This document shows, one piece after another, positions 61,032 to 64,000 of a stretch of 64,000 bases of DNA. Each line of letters opens with the position of its first letter. Position 1 is the stretch's first letter. Made by a program: the position numbers and the translations under genes. Below the pieces are notes generated by a model. The model was not told the origin of the DNA and did no database searches. It saw nothing but the letters and a program-made list of their open reading frames with translations. Origin of the DNA: Treponema denticola (GTDB taxonomy: Bacteria > Spirochaetota > Spirochaetia > Treponematales > Breznakiellaceae); the NCBI GenBank assembly GCA_020719845.1, contig DYPP01000003.1, forward strand, positions 46,810-110,809, read 5' to 3'.

Positions 61032-62369
61032 ATGGCGATCATCACCGTCCTTTTGGGTGCCTTTTTGTTCTTGGCCCTGATCCGGCCGTTCCTGAAGGTT
61101 TTCCGGGGAATCGACGGGATGGCGTTCATCCCGGCGCTGGCTTTTACCCTTTCGCTGGCGCTTTTTCCGGCTTATGGCTTCAGGCCCGAACTGCTTCCCT
61201 TGATCCTGCAGGCTTTGGTGCTCTTCCTCCGCAGCTTCAACCGGATCGGAGCCATGATCCGGCACCTACGTACCGACGACTATGGGGAAGGCAACGGCTT
61301 TTTCCTGGCTTTCGGGATGGTCTACCTGGCGGCGGCGGTGTGCGTAGCCCTGATTTTTATGCCCCCGCCCCGAGCACCCGTGCCCGCCGGTACGTTTACG
61401 GAGCAGACGCTGCGGGATGAATCCCGGGGGCTGGATCTACCGATCCGGGTCTACGGCGCCGAGGGCGGGGCCGGGCCGCGGCCGCTGCTGATCGTCGTTC
61501 CCTCGGTAATCGGGACCGCGGATTCTCTGGACTCGGTCTGTCGTGAATTCCGAAAGAAAGGGTTCTTCGTCGTCACCGGGTTTCACGCCGATGCGGCCAC
61601 ACCCTTTTCGGCGCTGTTTGCCTTCATGGCGGGCACAAGGCTTAAAGCCGCCAATCAGGCCGGACGCGCCTTGGAAAACACGCGCCTGCAGGACGCCCGC
61701 TTTCTGGTTTCGGCGGTCGTGGACCGGACTGCAAGGGGCGATCCCGTGTTCGCCGGCGCAGACCCGGAGCGGATCGTTTTGGTCGGCTACGGAACCGGGG
61801 CGGCGGGCATTACCCTTTTGGCGGGTTCGATCGATCTCGGTGCCGTAAAGGCCGCGATTGCCGTGGAAGGTCCGGTTCTTTCCTACTATGCAACCGAGCA
61901 AGGCAAAGCGGAATCGGTACATATATTTAGCCGCGTGCTGGAACGGTTGGTTCCCGACGCGGTCATCGGCATCGGGACGGTCCCGGCAACGCGGATTCCT
62001 CTGCTGTTCATCGTTTCCGACCGAGCCCGGGAGCCGCTTTTCCGGGACACCCGCTACGCTGGAATTCTGAGGGTGTTGCGCCTGTCCCCGGTCCCCGCCG
62101 CAGTAGCCTCGGTCGGCGGCGCGGGATACTTTGACTTTTCCGAGCTTGCCGTGGAATACCCTCTGTATTCCGGTTTATACCGGGACGCGGAAGGGCGTAG
62201 AGCGACGGTGAACCGGCATATCCGCGAAAGCACCACCCTGGCGGCGAATTTTGCGGCTTTGCATCTGGGTTCCGGCCTTCTCCGTACGGACAGAGTGATG
62301 GCCGACGTCAAAGTGGAATTATCGGGCCCTTGGAATTCAGACGGGGTGAAGGGTATACTTTCGCCATGA
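61032..62369 (+). CDS. hypothetical membrane protein with alpha/beta-hydrolase-like C-domain (tentative)
   Basis: 445 aa. The N-terminal 110 aa contain 3-4 TM helices. The remainder resembles a dienelactone-hydrolase-like fold (PLLIVVPSVIG ... RIVLVGYGTGAAG), but the nucleophile elbow lacks Ser. Confidence 0.5.
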   Translation: MAIITVLLGAFLFLALIRPFLKVFRGIDGMAFIPALAFTLSLALFPAYGFRPELLPLILQALVLFLRSFNRIGAMIRHLRTDDYGEGNGFFLAFGMVYLAAAVCVALIFMPPPRAPVPAGTFTEQTLRDESRGLDLPIRVYGAEGGAGPRPLLIVVPSVIGTADSLDSVCREFRKKGFFVVTGFHADAATPFSALFAFMAGTRLKAANQAGRALENTRLQDARFLVSAVVDRTARGDPVFAGADPERIVLVGYGTGAAGITLLAGSIDLGAVKAAIAVEGPVLSYYATEQGKAESVHIFSRVLERLVPDAVIGIGTVPATRIPLLFIVSDRAREPLFRDTRYAGILRVLRLSPVPAAVASVGGAGYFDFSELAVEYPLYSGLYRDAEGRRATVNRHIRESTTLAANFAALHLGSGLLRTDRVMADVKVELSGPWNSDGVKGILSP

Positions 62370-63127
62370 CGCTTGACTTGTTGGACCGCTATTTCCGATC
62401 CTTTCTGGAAATCGACGGCTATGCCGGTATGGATGATTCCCTCAACGGCATCCAGGTGGACAACACCGGCGGCGACGTCGCCAAGGTTCTCTTTGCGGTG
62501 GACGCTTCCCTGGAGACCTTTGAAGCCGCAAAAAACGCCGGCGCCGGCCTGTTGTTTGTCCACCACGGTTTATTCTGGGGCAAGCCCCAAAGGCTCAGCG
62601 GTGCTTTCCGGCGGCGCATCGCCTTCCTGCTGGACAACGACATCGCCTTGTACGCCGTCCACCTGCCCCTGGACCAACATCCGGAAGTGGGAAACAACGC
62701 CGCCCTGGCCGGCCTGCTCGGCATTGACAACCCCGAACCTTTTGGCCTGTACCACGGGCGAAAAATCGGCTACAAGGGTTCGCTGGCGGAGCCTTTGACG
62801 GTGGAAGCGGCGGTGCAACGGATTTCATTCAAGGACCGGCCGCCTCTGGGGGTGTACCCCTTCGGCAAAGCGGTCAGTACGACCTGCGCGGTGGTGTCCG
62901 GGGGTGCGGCTTTTGAGGCGCTGCAAGCCATTGATGAGGGCATCGATCTCTACGTTACCGGCGAGGCATCGCACAGCGTGTACCATCAGGCCCTGGAAGG
63001 TGGACTGAACATGATCGCCGGCGGCCATTATTCCACCGAGGTCTGGGGTGTGCGGCGGGTCATGGAGCGGCTGGCCGCGGAAACGGGGTTGGAAGTCGAA
63101 TTCTTCGACGCGCCCACGGGATTATAG
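62366..63127 (+). CDS. Nif3-like dinuclear metal centre protein
   Basis: From ORF 62330..63127. The start is set at ATG 62366, which forms an ATGA overlap with the upstream stop. Signatures: LLFVHHGLFW, LYAVHLPLDQHPEVGNN, GGHYSTE. Confidence 0.85.
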   Translation: MTLDLLDRYFRSFLEIDGYAGMDDSLNGIQVDNTGGDVAKVLFAVDASLETFEAAKNAGAGLLFVHHGLFWGKPQRLSGAFRRRIAFLLDNDIALYAVHLPLDQHPEVGNNAALAGLLGIDNPEPFGLYHGRKIGYKGSLAEPLTVEAAVQRISFKDRPPLGVYPFGKAVSTTCAVVSGGAAFEALQAIDEGIDLYVTGEASHSVYHQALEGGLNMIAGGHYSTEVWGVRRVMERLAAETGLEVEFFDAPTGL

Positions 63128-63134
63128 GAACGGT

Positions 63135-63653
63135 ATGGACGCAAAAATTCGACCTCTTTTTCTGGCGCTGGCGGTAATACTGGCGGATCAGGTTTCCAAA
63201 GCCGCCATCGTCCTCAATTGGCCCAAGGACGGCGTATTCATCCGGGACGTGTTCGGCAACAACCTTTTGTGGATCATCCACGTGCGCAACAAGGCCATCG
63301 CCTTCAGCCTGGGCGACGGGCTTCCGGCTCCCGTCCGGACGGTTCTGTTCATCGCGTTGCCCATCATCGTGCTGGTCTTCTTGGTGGCCTACTATTTTAA
63401 AACCGACGGGTTTACGCCGCTGCAGCGCTGGGCGGTGGCGGGTATCCTGGGCGGCGGCGTCGGCAACCTGATCGACCGGGTTTTCCGGCCCGCCGGGGTG
63501 GTGGATTTTATCAGCGTCAACGTCTACGGGCTGCTGGGTTTGTCCCGCTGGCCGACGTTCAACATCGCCGACTCCAGCGTGGTGGTGAGCGGTATTCTTC
63601 TCTTTGTGGCGGTTCTGTATACGGGAGAGCGGAAAAACGGGGTGGCGTCGTGA
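63135..63653 (+). CDS. lspA: lipoprotein signal peptidase II
   Basis: From ORF 63048..63653. The start is set at ATG 63135 (MDAKIRPLFLALAVILADQVSK). Signatures: NKAIAFSLG, GGGVGNLIDR, FNIADS. Confidence 0.9.
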   Translation: MDAKIRPLFLALAVILADQVSKAAIVLNWPKDGVFIRDVFGNNLLWIIHVRNKAIAFSLGDGLPAPVRTVLFIALPIIVLVFLVAYYFKTDGFTPLQRWAVAGILGGGVGNLIDRVFRPAGVVDFISVNVYGLLGLSRWPTFNIADSSVVVSGILLFVAVLYTGERKNGVAS

Positions 63654-63937
63654 ACAAGAAGACCAATACGGTACTATTCATCCTGGTGGCGACGGGGTTC
63701 AACATCTTCATCACCGTGGCGAGTTTTTTGGTGTTGCTGGTCGTCTACGGCCGGCTGGTGGCGCCCCGTTTGCCGGCCCAGACGGCGGCCTGGGGTCTGC
63801 CGCTCATCTTTGTCGGGGCCATCGCGCTGGCCTTTGCCGTCTACCGGAAAGTGCTGAAAATGGTGATGCGCCATATCGACGTGGAAAAGAACTTTGATCC
63901 CCTTTTCAAGCCGCATCGGCCGCCGCGGCGGGATTAA
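63650..63937 (+). CDS. hypothetical small membrane protein
   Basis: 95 aa with a GTGA overlap onto the lspA stop. It has two predicted TM helices (VLFILVATGFNIFITVASFLVLLVV; GLPLIFVGAIALAFAVY) and a basic tail. Confidence 0.5.
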   Translation: MNKKTNTVLFILVATGFNIFITVASFLVLLVVYGRLVAPRLPAQTAAWGLPLIFVGAIALAFAVYRKVLKMVMRHIDVEKNFDPLFKPHRPPRRD

Positions 63938-64000
63938 AAGGCATTTCTAAAAGGATGCGCCCTCAATAACCGTCCGAGAGGGAGCGGTTGACGTCCCGCT

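Overview
This is a 64-kb core chromosomal segment of a high-GC spirochaete. The assignment rests on a FlaB-type periplasmic flagellin, FlgM, and the spirochaete-style origin synteny gyrA-gyrB <> dnaA-dnaN-recF-DUF721-rpmH-rnpA-yidD-yidC-jag. I call 58 protein-coding genes. One is partial at the left edge, and rpmH is too short for the ORF track. I saw no rRNA, tRNA, CRISPR array, transposase or prophage-like content. The replication origin lies at about 38.9-40.8 kb: perfect DnaA boxes and AT-rich tracts flank dnaA on both sides, and gene orientation flips there. Left of the origin are metH, an acyl-ACP thioesterase, an MTHFR-like gene, a nucleotidase plus B12-radical-SAM pair, glgX, and a REC-like/GHKL/cNMP-binding fusion protein. 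Next come a sigma-54 EBP-TrkH-TrkA-L/F-transferase operon divergent from a peroxiredoxin with a good sigma-54 promoter, a sugar ABC/RpiR/dehydrogenase locus, a MoxR-DUF58-transglutaminase::TPR operon, metK, arfB, dus and uppP. Right of the origin are an MCP-CheY pair, flaB, a split chrA, rsmI, flgM, an HDOD protein, a LonC-like protease, an ODP-like di-iron protein with a soluble MCP, Nif3 and lspA. I did not find a self-contained, clearly novel system such as a defence-island signature. The most unusual content is signalling proteins with rare domain fusions, plus regulatory sites readable directly in the DNA (sigma-54, sigma-28, a CsrA-type hairpin, palindromes, oriC). All functional calls rest on motif recognition by eye. 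No searches were run.
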